Shown here in pieces: positions 20,446-31,600 of a stretch of 64,000 bases of DNA (positions within the stretch are counted from its first letter, which is position 1; every line of letters starts with the position of its first letter). A program made the position numbers and the translations under genes. The notes beneath the pieces were generated by a model. The model did not search any database. It was not told where the DNA came from and was given only the letters and a program-made list of their open reading frames with translations. Source of the stretch: an uncultured Clostridium sp. (GTDB taxonomy: Bacteria; Bacillota; Clostridia; TANB77; CAG-508); assembly GCA_964369695.1 (NCBI GenBank), contig CAYJGL010000002.1:35-64034 (forward strand), given 5' to 3'.

Positions 20446-20486
20446 TTAAAAAAGAATACTTATATATATGTAGTATTCTTTTTCAA
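20446..20486 (-). terminator. hairpin + U-run between gap and pgk
   Basis: Perfect 10-bp stem aagaatacta / tagtattctt with U-runs on both sides. Lies 8 nt after the gap stop. Confidence 0.55.
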
Positions 20487-20493
20487 CCTTTGT

Positions 20494-21507
<1,014 letters not shown>

Positions 21508-21553
21508 TTAAGATTTTTATTATATTATTTGCCTTTTTCTTTAAGACAATTCA

Positions 21554-21582
21554 ATTCTATAATATATTTTTTTACTTTTCAA
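21554..21582 (-). promoter_or_regulatory. sigmaA-type promoter for gap
   Basis: The minus strand reads TTGAAA (21582..21577), a 17-nt spacer, then TAGAAT (21559..21554). It lies ~55 nt upstream of the ATG. Confidence 0.5.
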
Positions 21583-21618
21583 GTATTATTTTAAAATTTC
21601 CCAATTTAATACTATATA

Positions 21619-23106
21619 TTAGTAAACTATTAAATGCATCTGATCTTCAAAAAATATAATTTGCTCATCTGTAAACTGTTTATAGTCTTTTTGTACTACA
21701 TCCCTAAAATATATATCTTCTGGTATAATTACTTTTTCAAAATGTCTATCACAATAGAAGTTTATGGCTTGTCTTATAGACCATGAACATGATAATTTTC
21801 TTTCAGTTAAAGATCCCATTTCTTTAATCCCATAAGCATATTGTTGTGGACTTATATCATATACATATCCAAACTTAGTAACAGTTATCCCTGTTTCTTT
21901 TTCGTACTCTTCTAGTTTATATCTTATAGTAGCTCCCATATTGTGTTCTACAGCATTTGAAGCCAGATGTTCTGATATATTTCTAACTGTGTATAGGCTA
22001 TTAATTATAAATGAAATTATAATCAATGAATATATATATTTCTTTTTTATTTCATTCTCAACTATAGTACTTTGTGCTAATAATATGAGTAATGACGCTC
22101 CCCACATTATCATAAGCGGGCTATTAGTTCTTCCTGCTGGTCCAGTATTAAATATATACATTGGTACTACACATATAGCAAACGATACTACTAAAAACAA
22201 TATATATTGCATTATTATTTCTTTTTTTGTTCTTAATAATATTAAAGATACAAAAGTAATTATTAATACTATAGGATTTATATAATATGGTAAAGTGTTC
22301 ATATTTTTTATCCATAATTCATTTAAATACTCTAATACTATTTCTCCACGTAATAAGAAGGCTTCAAAATCAATTAAATATATTCTTCTATCTTGATCAC
22401 TTTCAAAATAATTAATACCTATATCAACAACAAACATAGATATAAGTAAAATAACAATTACCATTATTGCAAATTTAATCATTTCAATAAAGAATTCTTT
22501 TTCATCTTGTTTATAATCATTTTTACTTACTATTTGCTTAACAATATATACTAATATTATATAAACTGGAAATATATTTAAAAGACCTTGGTAGCATAAT
22601 GTTGCAATTAGAAGAGTTATAAATACTTTTAAATATGAATGTTTTGGTTTCTCGATAGCAATTTTTGTGGCTATTACTATCAACAAAACACCTAAACACA
22701 TTACAGCTGACTCTGGAAATAATAAATATTCTAATGTAAATTGATTTAATACTAATACAAAAGATGCTAAAATAATTATATATTCAATTAACTTTTTCTC
22801 TGGCTTAATTATATTCTTAATTGTACTGCTCATTATATATATAGCAATTGATATAAAAATAACTCCTATAAAATTCATACCAACTATATATGTTTCAAAA
22901 GGAATCTTTAACATTCCTGCTAAAAAACATACTATCGATGATATTATCCTACCATCTAATAAAAAATATTGTTGTGGATAATTCATATATCCTATATCCC
23001 ATAATACATAAGTATCAGAAGAATAATGCATTTGTAAAAAACCCTGGCAAATTATTATTGTAAAACCTAATATTATTCCATATTTTATCCAATTTTCTTT
23101 TTTCAT
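21619..23106 (-). CDS. polytopic membrane protein, probable GT-C-type glycosyltransferase (GtrII-like); paralog of 864..2357
   Basis: Colinear with 864..2357 (see there). The ORF is open to 23178, but the paralog alignment and an AAAGGAA Shine-Dalgarno favour the MKKENW start at 23106. Confidence 0.5.
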   Translation of the reverse strand: MKKENWIKYGIILGFTIIICQGFLQMHYSSDTYVLWDIGYMNYPQQYFLLDGRIISSIVCFLAGMLKIPFETYIVGMNFIGVIFISIAIYIMSSTIKNIIKPEKKLIEYIIILASFVLVLNQFTLEYLLFPESAVMCLGVLLIVIATKIAIEKPKHSYLKVFITLLIATLCYQGLLNIFPVYIILVYIVKQIVSKNDYKQDEKEFFIEMIKFAIMVIVILLISMFVVDIGINYFESDQDRRIYLIDFEAFLLRGEIVLEYLNELWIKNMNTLPYYINPIVLIITFVSLILLRTKKEIIMQYILFLVVSFAICVVPMYIFNTGPAGRTNSPLMIMWGASLLILLAQSTIVENEIKKKYIYSLIIISFIINSLYTVRNISEHLASNAVEHNMGATIRYKLEEYEKETGITVTKFGYVYDISPQQYAYGIKEMGSLTERKLSCSWSIRQAINFYCDRHFEKVIIPEDIYFRDVVQKDYKQFTDEQIIFFEDQMHLIVY

Positions 23107-23324
23107 ATTTAATTTCATTCCTTTAATTTCATTTAATTTTACTCTACTAGTATATATTAATAAATATATTTTTACCATTACATTTCTGTTACGTTTATAT
23201 TACAAAGTAATTACGTTTTTCAGTCCTTTATATAATCTATATTATTTTCATTATTCCATTTATTTTATACATAATTAATAGAAAATAGTTAATACTAAAA
23301 ATAAAAAGGAAGGAATGATTTTAT

Positions 23325-23753
23325 ATGAATAATCCAGAATATATATTAAATCAATTAACAAAAGGTATAAAAATGGGAATGGATTCAATATCAACAATAA
23401 GTGAACAAATAAGTGATAAAGAATTAAAAAATGATTTAAAATTCCAATATGATGAATATAACAACATTTTAAATCAAGTTGACACAGAATTAAAAAACTA
23501 TGATGCGTTTCCAAAAGAATTAAACCCTATGCAAAAAGCAATGGGTTGGATGACTATAAAATGGTCCACACTTGATGATAAAAGTGACTCAAAAATAGCA
23601 GAAATGATGTTGCAAGGTCTGAATATGGGTATAATTGAAGGAGTAAAACTTTCAAATAACAATAAAAATGCTGAAGGAAATATACCAACAATATTAAACA
23701 ACTTTATTAATTTCCAAGAAAACAGCATACAAAAACTAAAAAAATATCTCTAA
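23325..23753 (+). CDS. small all-helical hypothetical protein (possibly four-helix-bundle, DUF2383-like)
   Basis: The only plus-strand gene. AAGGAAGGA lies upstream of the ATG. The composition is helical, and LNQLTKGIKMGMDSISTISEQI resembles ferritin-like DUF2383 N-termini (weak recall). Confidence 0.6.
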   Translation: MNNPEYILNQLTKGIKMGMDSISTISEQISDKELKNDLKFQYDEYNNILNQVDTELKNYDAFPKELNPMQKAMGWMTIKWSTLDDKSDSKIAEMMLQGLNMGIIEGVKLSNNNKNAEGNIPTILNNFINFQENSIQKLKKYL

Positions 23754-23761
23754 TTTAGAAG

Positions 23762-23839
23762 TAATAATGTCGCATTGGGGACTGTCCCTAAAACGACATG
23801 AATGTCGCGTCGGGGACTGTCCCCAATGCGACATTATTA
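23762..23839. repeat. GC-rich palindromic repeat, copy 1 (dimeric form)
   Basis: Perfect 20-bp terminal inverted repeats, taataatgtcgcattgggga / tccccaatgcgacattatta. They enclose a second inner palindrome (gtccctaaaacgacat / atgtcgcgtcggggac). It fills the convergent gap between 23325..23753 and apt and overlaps the apt stop codon. Confidence 0.9.
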
Positions 23840-24376
23840 TGTTTCCTTTATATCTATTAATGAGAATATGTTTTTTTGTGTATTTAAGTCTGGTATATTT
23901 ATTATTACTCCACTTCCTAATATCTCCCCACCTAACTTTTCTACTTCTTTTTTTATTGATTGTATTGTATTTCCTGTTGCATAGATGTCGTCTACTATGT
24001 AAAATTTTTTATTCCTATATTCTTGATTATCCAGTTTAGGTAATTCAAGATAATCTTTTCCATATTCTTTTTCATAACTAAAACAACTTTCAATGAAATC
24101 TGTAGGTATTTTTCCTTTTTTTCTTACTGCGACTACTCCAACACCTAGTTCTTTTGCAATTGCTGAACCTAACAAGAATCCCCTTGCTTCAGGAGCTAAA
24201 ATGTAATCAATATTATATTTAATAATTTCATCTACCATTTTATCTATTATTTCATTTAATATTTCTGCTTTCATAAATAGTGGTGTTATATCTATAAATT
24301 CAATTCCTTCTATAGGATAGTCTTTCTGAGTTCTCAAATTTAGTTTATTTTTTAGATTATTTTTTAATATTTCCAT
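23837..24376 (-). CDS. apt: adenine phosphoribosyltransferase
   Basis: IEFIDITPL, APEARGFLLGSAIA and the PRPP motif FYIVDDIYATGNT. Confidence 0.9.
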   Translation of the reverse strand: MEILKNNLKNKLNLRTQKDYPIEGIEFIDITPLFMKAEILNEIIDKMVDEIIKYNIDYILAPEARGFLLGSAIAKELGVGVVAVRKKGKIPTDFIESCFSYEKEYGKDYLELPKLDNQEYRNKKFYIVDDIYATGNTIQSIKKEVEKLGGEILGSGVIINIPDLNTQKNIFSLIDIKET

Positions 24377-24402
24377 TTTCTCTTTCTTCTTTCTGTTTAA
24401 AT

Positions 24403-25185
24403 TTAATCACTTTCTAAAAGTTCAAAAAACCTTTTTTCTTTTAATATACATTCACTCGAATCTATAAACTTTATTTTGGTATTTACTAATTCTTTTTGTT
24501 TTACTTCAAAATTATTAATTAATTTTTTATCCTTTAGAATAGTTTTAAGGTATTCTGCTATTTTTTTTGATCCTTCAAAAAAATCAACTTTTCCTAATAC
24601 TTCTATTATTTCATTTTTTATTAAAGGATAATGTGTACATCCCAACACTACATTTTGTACTTTTCCTGCATATCGTCCTATATTTTCTTCTAAATTATTT
24701 ATTATATCAATTTTATTTCCCGCTTCTATTGTATCTGCTAATCCTTCACATGATACTATTATCGTTTTTTTATTATTATATTTTTCAATTAACAAATTAA
24801 ATTTTCCACTTTCAACTGTCCCTTTTGTTGCCATTATTAAAGTTTCTTTATCAAATGAATTATCATAGACCATTTTATATGCTGGCTCTATTGCAATAAA
24901 TATTATATCTATATATTTTTTTCTTAGATATGATACTGCTTTTGCACTTGCTGTATTACACGCAATTACTACTACTTTACATTTCATATTTATTAGTTTT
25001 TTTGTTATCCTGTCACAAATTTCTATAATTTGTTCATTACTTTTATCTCCATACGGAAGATTTTCACTATCACTATAATATATATATTCTTCATTTGGTA
25101 ATATTTTTATAATCTCTTTTAGTACTGTAACTCCACCTATCCCAGAATCAAATACACCTATTCTACATTTCATTTTATACTCCAT
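24403..25185 (-). CDS. murI: glutamate racemase
   Basis: IGVFDSGIGGVTVL, IACNTASA and LGCTHYPL motifs. Confidence 0.9.
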   Translation of the reverse strand: MEYKMKCRIGVFDSGIGGVTVLKEIIKILPNEEYIYYSDSENLPYGDKSNEQIIEICDRITKKLINMKCKVVVIACNTASAKAVSYLRKKYIDIIFIAIEPAYKMVYDNSFDKETLIMATKGTVESGKFNLLIEKYNNKKTIIVSCEGLADTIEAGNKIDIINNLEENIGRYAGKVQNVVLGCTHYPLIKNEIIEVLGKVDFFEGSKKIAEYLKTILKDKKLINNFEVKQKELVNTKIKFIDSSECILKEKRFFELLESD

Positions 25186-25194
25186 CTATTTGTT

Positions 25195-25815
25195 TTATCT
25201 AATAAAGTTTGTTAATACAGGTGTTTCACTTTCAGGTAGGTTAACACCATTACTATTACCACATTCAATACATTTTAATAACCATGACATATTATTTCCT
25301 AAATGTCTCATGTTTTGCATACCTTCTTCATCTTTTTTAATCTCTTCTGGCGTATTCCCATGCACCATATTCCAATAACTTGATGATACTATTGGCATAT
25401 TGCTTATACTAAAATATTTATTAATTTCGTCTAGTGCTGCTGTTGTACCAGCTCTTCTACATGTTACAATTGATGCTCCTAATTTATTAGAAAAAATACT
25501 TTTTCTTTTAAAGAATACTCTATCCATAAAACAAGATAGAAATCCTGAACTTGCAGCAAAATGTACAGGTGAGCCAAATACAAACCCATCTGCTAATTTT
25601 GACTTTTCTAAAAACTTATTGACATTATCATCTATAAAACATTTTCCTGTTTTTACACATGCTTTACAACCAATACAACCTGATATTGCCTTATTTCCAA
25701 TCCAGAATATTTCAGTTTCAATTTCATTCTCTATTAATTTACTCTCTACTTCTTTTAAAGCTGTATATGTACAACCATATTGATTAGGACTACCATTTAT
25801 TAAAATAACTTTCAC
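25195..25815 (-). CDS. flavodoxin-fold NADPH-dependent FMN reductase / iron-sulfur flavoprotein-like
   Basis: MKVILINGSP..G.T N-terminus with a CIGCKACVKTGKC cysteine cluster. Confidence 0.7.
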   Translation of the reverse strand: MKVILINGSPNQYGCTYTALKEVESKLIENEIETEIFWIGNKAISGCIGCKACVKTGKCFIDDNVNKFLEKSKLADGFVFGSPVHFAASSGFLSCFMDRVFFKRKSIFSNKLGASIVTCRRAGTTAALDEINKYFSISNMPIVSSSYWNMVHGNTPEEIKKDEEGMQNMRHLGNNMSWLLKCIECGNSNGVNLPESETPVLTNFIR

Positions 25816-25883
25816 TTTAAAACCACCTTTATATTTATTATATAATTATTCTATTATATGTATAGTATTATTTCACTTGTTTT

Positions 25884-27869
25884 TTAGTTCTTATTTTCTT
25901 CTATTTCTTCTTTTTTGTGAAAAATACCTGTTTTATATTTATCCAAAATATATCCTAATTCTTTTGACAATTCTTTTAACACTACATTTTTAATTATTAT
26001 ATCTTTTCCTTTTAAATAATCATCAATTATATTTTTTAATTGCTTTATATTTTTCATCTCTGGTTCAATTTCAGTTTTATATTTATCAACTCTATTTACT
26101 AATTTTTCTTTTAATATTACTATATCTTCATTTGCTGCACATGATAATCTTTGGAATACTTGGAATGGATCATAGTATTTAAATATAGGAACTTTTAAAT
26201 ATTCATTATCAAACTCCTGATAAAACTTTTCCATTTTCATTGGAATATATTTAAATAACTCTGCTGCTTTTTCCTTATATTCTTTTTCTAATAATTGCTC
26301 ATTTAATGTATTAAAATATCTTACTATTTCTTCCATGTCTTCTGATACTTCATTTATAGCTACTTTTGCTAATTCTTCAGTTGTATTTCCACAATATGAC
26401 GATTTTAAAGAAGATACATTCATACCAGCAAAAAATATATTTTTAATTGTTGTTAAGTCTTCTTTTATTAAACCTTTTCGTGAAAAATAGCTAAAATATC
26501 CAAATAGTTTGACTACTTCAATCAATTCAATTTGTCCTGTTCTTACTTCTTCTAATACTGTTTTAGTTATCTCTTCAAATTTATCATCTTGTATTTTCCA
26601 GTACTCTTCAACTAAAATTCTTTTGTATGCAGGCAAATTATTCACATCTACTGTATTTAAAATCATTTCCATATCATCTTTAAATAGTTTCATATCAAAT
26701 ATTCTAGTTCTAATATAGTATTCTATAAATTTGAAAAAGCTATATTCTGTTTTAAAGTTATTATAATAATTGCTATCAAACTCTTTTATATAAAAATTTC
26801 GATTATCTATTAAAGTTCTTGAAGATACTAATATGGCTTTATACTCTTGATTGTCTTTAATATTCATAAACTTATCTTTAGTAATTTTCCCTGCCTTTAT
26901 TTCAAAAGATACTGCTATTGTAAATATTAACATAGTTTGAATTATTCTATTGCTTGTATTTGGATATGATTTATTTACCATTTCATATATTTTTTTAAAG
27001 TCATTTAATGCATGTTTTAATATACGCAAATTCCTTGTTCCGCTTCTATTAAATGTAGATATTATTAATCCTGTATTTTCTCTTAAGAATTTAATTAAAT
27101 CCGAATTAGTTTCATATCTCATTAATATACCATTTATTATATAGTTAAACTTAGGTGCATATTCAAAAGTCTCCCCAATTAACTTTTCTTTTATTCTTTC
27201 ATAATCATTTGCTTTATCAAATACATGTTCTATTTTATCTTGAATCTTTTCTACCATTGGTCTATCTGTCTTTGTAAGCTCATTTTGCTTATCTAAAAGA
27301 TATGTTGCAATAAATGTTTTCATTTCTATATTAGAACTTTTAAATTTAGTTGATAACTCTTTTTCGTTACATATTATAATTGTTTTAATATGATCATGTT
27401 CAACAAAATTATTAATATATCCTAGTATATCTATAACATCAACATTAGCTCTTTCTAAATCATCAAAACATAAAACTTTATCATCTGTCGAAAAGAAATC
27501 AGCATAATTTACTTTATCATTATTTTTAGTAACTCCAAATAAATTAGCCATATCAATACCTTTTTTAGCATATTCAGGAATTGTTGTTTGTTCATTAGAA
27601 TTCATGAATTTTTTTAAATTTTTATCCATTAATTGAGTAGTTTCTATAAATATTTTTTTACTAATTTCTTCTAAATTAGATATACCATATAACGACATAT
27701 ATATGGTAGTATATTTTTTCCCATTTAATTGTAATGATTCTATTTTTCTTCTAACTTTATTATTCCAAAAATGAGTCTTTCCAGCTCCCCATTCCCCATT
27801 TATCATAACAGCATAATCTGTATAATCTGAACGAATATAGTCTAATATACTTTCTACTAAATCTTCCAC
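25884..27869 (-). CDS. KAP-family P-loop NTPase
   Basis: INGEWGAGKTHFW Walker A in the typical KAP N-terminal context, with LCFDDLER as Walker B. 661 aa. Confidence 0.7.
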   Translation of the reverse strand: MEDLVESILDYIRSDYTDYAVMINGEWGAGKTHFWNNKVRRKIESLQLNGKKYTTIYMSLYGISNLEEISKKIFIETTQLMDKNLKKFMNSNEQTTIPEYAKKGIDMANLFGVTKNNDKVNYADFFSTDDKVLCFDDLERANVDVIDILGYINNFVEHDHIKTIIICNEKELSTKFKSSNIEMKTFIATYLLDKQNELTKTDRPMVEKIQDKIEHVFDKANDYERIKEKLIGETFEYAPKFNYIINGILMRYETNSDLIKFLRENTGLIISTFNRSGTRNLRILKHALNDFKKIYEMVNKSYPNTSNRIIQTMLIFTIAVSFEIKAGKITKDKFMNIKDNQEYKAILVSSRTLIDNRNFYIKEFDSNYYNNFKTEYSFFKFIEYYIRTRIFDMKLFKDDMEMILNTVDVNNLPAYKRILVEEYWKIQDDKFEEITKTVLEEVRTGQIELIEVVKLFGYFSYFSRKGLIKEDLTTIKNIFFAGMNVSSLKSSYCGNTTEELAKVAINEVSEDMEEIVRYFNTLNEQLLEKEYKEKAAELFKYIPMKMEKFYQEFDNEYLKVPIFKYYDPFQVFQRLSCAANEDIVILKEKLVNRVDKYKTEIEPEMKNIKQLKNIIDDYLKGKDIIIKNVVLKELSKELGYILDKYKTGIFHKKEEIEENKN

Positions 27870-27884
27870 AATAAAACCTCCTAC

Positions 27885-28571
27885 TTAATCTTTTGCAACT
27901 ACAAATATATCTATTTTTTCTACATCTAATTCATGTAAAACTCTACAACATTCTTTACATGTACTTCCTGTTGTATATATATCATCAATTAATAATATTT
28001 TTTTACCTTTGAATTTTTTATCTATTATATCTGTATTCTTTGATACTTGATATACATTCTTGATATTCTCTATTCTTTGTTCCTTATTTAAAGCACTCTG
28101 TTCTCTATTATCTTTTACTTTAATCAATATTGTATCATCATAATCAACCTGTAATTTTTCTGCTAAATATTTAGCAATTAATACAGTTTGATTATACCCT
28201 CTTTTCATTTTTCTAGTTTTGCTAATAGGAACTGGAATTATTGTATCATAAGATTTTAAAATTTTAAATATTTTTTTATTTTTTATACAAAAATTAACAA
28301 AACTTTTATAAAAAGATGTATTTTCATTAAACTTATATTTAATTAAATTAGCTCTTATATTACCTTCATACTTAAAACAATATATTAAATTTTCAAAATA
28401 GCTTGTAGTATATCCAAATTTTTCTTTCTTAACTTTTGCTAAATTTTTCAACTTCAATCTACATCTAGGACATAAAAAATCTTTATCCAATTTAGCGCAA
28501 AATCCACAAACAGGTGGATAGAATAGATTTTGTATGAACATACTTATATACTTAATTACCAAAATATTCAA
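27885..28571 (-). CDS. comFC: ComF-family phosphoribosyltransferase-domain protein (ComFC-like)
   Basis: N-terminal zinc-finger-like CGFC...CPRC and the C-terminal PRT motif ILLIDDIYTTGST. The start is uncertain: 28571 is a TTG abutting GGAG, and the next ATG is at 28541. Confidence 0.75.
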   Translation of the reverse strand: MNILVIKYISMFIQNLFYPPVCGFCAKLDKDFLCPRCRLKLKNLAKVKKEKFGYTTSYFENLIYCFKYEGNIRANLIKYKFNENTSFYKSFVNFCIKNKKIFKILKSYDTIIPVPISKTRKMKRGYNQTVLIAKYLAEKLQVDYDDTILIKVKDNREQSALNKEQRIENIKNVYQVSKNTDIIDKKFKGKKILLIDDIYTTGSTCKECCRVLHELDVEKIDIFVVAKD

Positions 28572-28598
28572 CTCCTAACTTAAAAAGACAAAATTAAA

Positions 28599-28654
28599 GG
28601 CCTGTCCCAAAAACGACATAAATGTCGCGTTGGGGACTGTCCCCAATGCGACAC
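28599..28654. repeat. GC-rich palindromic repeat, copy 2 (1.5-unit form); probable terminator of the giant operon
   Basis: Sequence ggcctgtcccaaaaacgacataaatgtcgcgttggggactgtccccaatgcgacac. It is a 54/56 reverse-complement match to copy 3. It lies 30 nt after the stop of the 3396-aa ORF. Confidence 0.9.
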
Positions 28655-28684
28655 TATTTTATTTTTTCTTTTCTTTTTATTATT

Positions 28685-31600
28685 TTATTTTTTATCTTTT
28701 ATCTTTTGTCTTTTTCCTTTAGAACTAGAACTTCCTGTTGTTTTTATATAATATCTTCTTAATATGAATAAACTTAATATTATTACTCCTATAATTATAT
28801 ATATATATATACTTCCAGTTTGTTCTATACTTTCTCTTGCATTTGAATAATAGTATTCATTTAATTGTGCTTGTTTTTGTATTTTACTTGTTTCTGATTC
28901 TGGTTCTTCTATTTCAGAATCCAATAATTCTGATTCCTTAAATACTTCATAATCATTTGTTTCTGGATTATATACAGTTACATATTCTCTATTCATTAGT
29001 TCTTCTTGATTTACTTCTGGTTTTTCACCGTTTTCGTCTGTTATTTCTAAATTATTCATTGCTACTTCTATTGGTATTTCTCTAAGTTGCTCTTCTATAT
29101 TAGTTGCAATTTGATATTTTTCTTCTTGTTCTTTGTCAATTTCATTTGAATTTCCAAATATGTTTATACTTGCTAAATTAAGTTGAGATGTAATAAAACT
29201 CAATAGACTTGTTTCTGCTGCTTGACTTTGATTAGTTTCCACCCCGTTAGAATCATATATAAGTTTTCCATCTGCATAATCAAAAACTATTACTTGCCCA
29301 TCTGAATACATTGATATTGCCTTAGTTAAATCTCCAAAACTATTTATATGAACAATATTGGAATTTTGATATCCTGTTGGGAAATATACTACATTTTTAT
29401 ACATTTGTATCATATTGTTATCATTCAATACTGCCTGATATACATATTCATTTTTTGTTCCAACTAATATATTGTTAATAATCATTTCATTAGCGTATCC
29501 TATCACTTGTAATAAATTGTTTTGCACTATATATATATATTCTTTATCTACTCCATCAACAGTACTATATGTTCCATATCTTTTTATTATTTGTCCATTA
29601 TATATATATTCTTCTAAGCTATTAACTGTTGATTTCAATATTGCTGATGTTTCTAAATTAGTAATTTGTCCATCATTTAAATTATATATTTCTCCATTAT
29701 CTCTTAATGCTTTTCCATTAAATATATTTAAATATTTATTTACATCATCTATAATTTCTTCTATCATTTTTTCTTCATATTTAACATATCCTTCACTATC
29801 AGTTATTTCCGTAATTTGTAAATACCCTTTTGCTAATGATGTTCCTTTTAAATAATAATAGTTATCTGTTATCTCTATATTATCTGGTAATGTATCTTGA
29901 TCAATTGGAATTACTTCAGTTCTGTTTCTAATACTATCTGCTGTAAATACTTTTTCATTTATAATCTTTCCAGCTGAATTAGTAATTTTTACAGTTATAT
30001 CTGAAATATAATCATATTTTAAAGTATATGTTTTTGATATAATACCTACATTTTCAACTTTCGTATTCCCATTATCATATTCATAAGAAAAAGTAAATCC
30101 ATTGCCAATTGTACTAAAATCTATATTTATCTCATCAATACCACTAGAATACAAATATATCTCTGGAGATATTTCATCTGGTTCAAATCTTTTTTCTATA
30201 ATATTCCCTGATATATCCTTCATTCTTATTAATATATATGTATTTCTATCAAAATCAAATATATATTTACTTGTATTCAAACTATTATTTAATAATTCAT
30301 TATTACCATTTATATAGTCAAATGTCATTCCATTTACTGTTGAACTAAATGTTACTTCTACTTGATTGTCTGATATAGGTAATATTGTAATTTCTGGAAA
30401 TCCTGTTTCATCTACAAATGGATCTTCTGGTATTGGTATTCCTAATTGCGGAAAACTATTTACACTTGCTTTTAATATTGGATATTTAGACATAGATGTA
30501 TTTGTTGTAGAATACTCAAATTTAGTATTTGATAATTTTATATCATTACTATATGTTGAACCTTTTATCAAATCATCATATAGTAAATAATTGTCTTCTA
30601 ATAGTCTATTTTCATCTGTTTGATATACATATTTACCATTTATTGTTGAATATTTATTTACATGTATATTATTAGAATTATTCAAAATATTTATTTTTTC
30701 ATTCCCCACTCTTACTGCTGCATATGCTGCATTTTGAGCCGTTATATCTACATCTACATAAATATTGATATATTTATCAGGTGTACTTAAAGTGTTGCTA
30801 ATAGTCCTTCCTATTATACCGCCTACATTGTCTATTCCTTCTATTTTAGCGCCTCCAATATAAACATTATCCATTACTGTATACGAATCTGTACTTCCCA
30901 TATGACCTACTATTCCACCTATTTCATCTCCGGATCCTTCTATATTTGCATTTGTATATACTCCAGATATTATTGTAGATGCTTCTATTTCTCCAGCTAT
31001 TCCACCAACTCTAACCACTCCTATTATATCTGTTCTATTAGAACTTTCAAAAAATGTATTATAAATTGTTGCCTTCATATCATTATTATAGTATTTAAAA
31101 TATCCCACTATTCCACCAACTCTAGCTTGACCTTTAATACTCGTATTAGTTACTCCACAACCTTCGATTTCAGCTAAACCATATCCGAATATTCCACCTA
31201 TTCCTTGGCTTCCTTCTATAGTTGTATTTTTTACATTACATGAATCTATTTTTCCATGTCCATATGCCAATATTCCTGCAACATTGTTTCTTCCTTTTAC
31301 AATACAGTTCTCAACATTAGAATTACTTATTTCAAAAAATCCTCTACCAGCAGATATTGCAGATACTTGGTTAGTTCCCGTTATTTCTGTATTTTTAACG
31401 CTAATATTTTGTAGATAATATTTATATTGATCTATATCACCATTAATATCTACATCTGGTGTATATCCTATAATACCACCAATATTAAACAATTCTCCTT
31501 TTATTATATTTTTTTCTAAATCCATAATATCTATATTGATATTATTTAATCTAGTACTCGTATTAGCCATTTGACCATAGATTCCACCAACGGCAACACT

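Noticed and set aside
23275-23728. Minus-strand ORFs 23275..23514 and 23498..23728.
   Set aside because: They are antisense to the better-supported plus-strand gene 23325..23753, which has an SD and a sensible helical protein. Their translations are hydrophobic low-complexity sequence.
23767-24039. ORFs 23767..24039 and 23802..23984 (+), starting MSHWGLSLKRHECRVGDCPQCD / MSRRGLSPMRHY.
   Set aside because: Their 5' parts are simply translations of the palindromic repeat, and the remainder runs antisense to apt. The similar peptide readable from copy 3 (LSQKRHKCRVGDCP) only reflects repeat identity. There is no ATG with an SD in a consistent position across copies.
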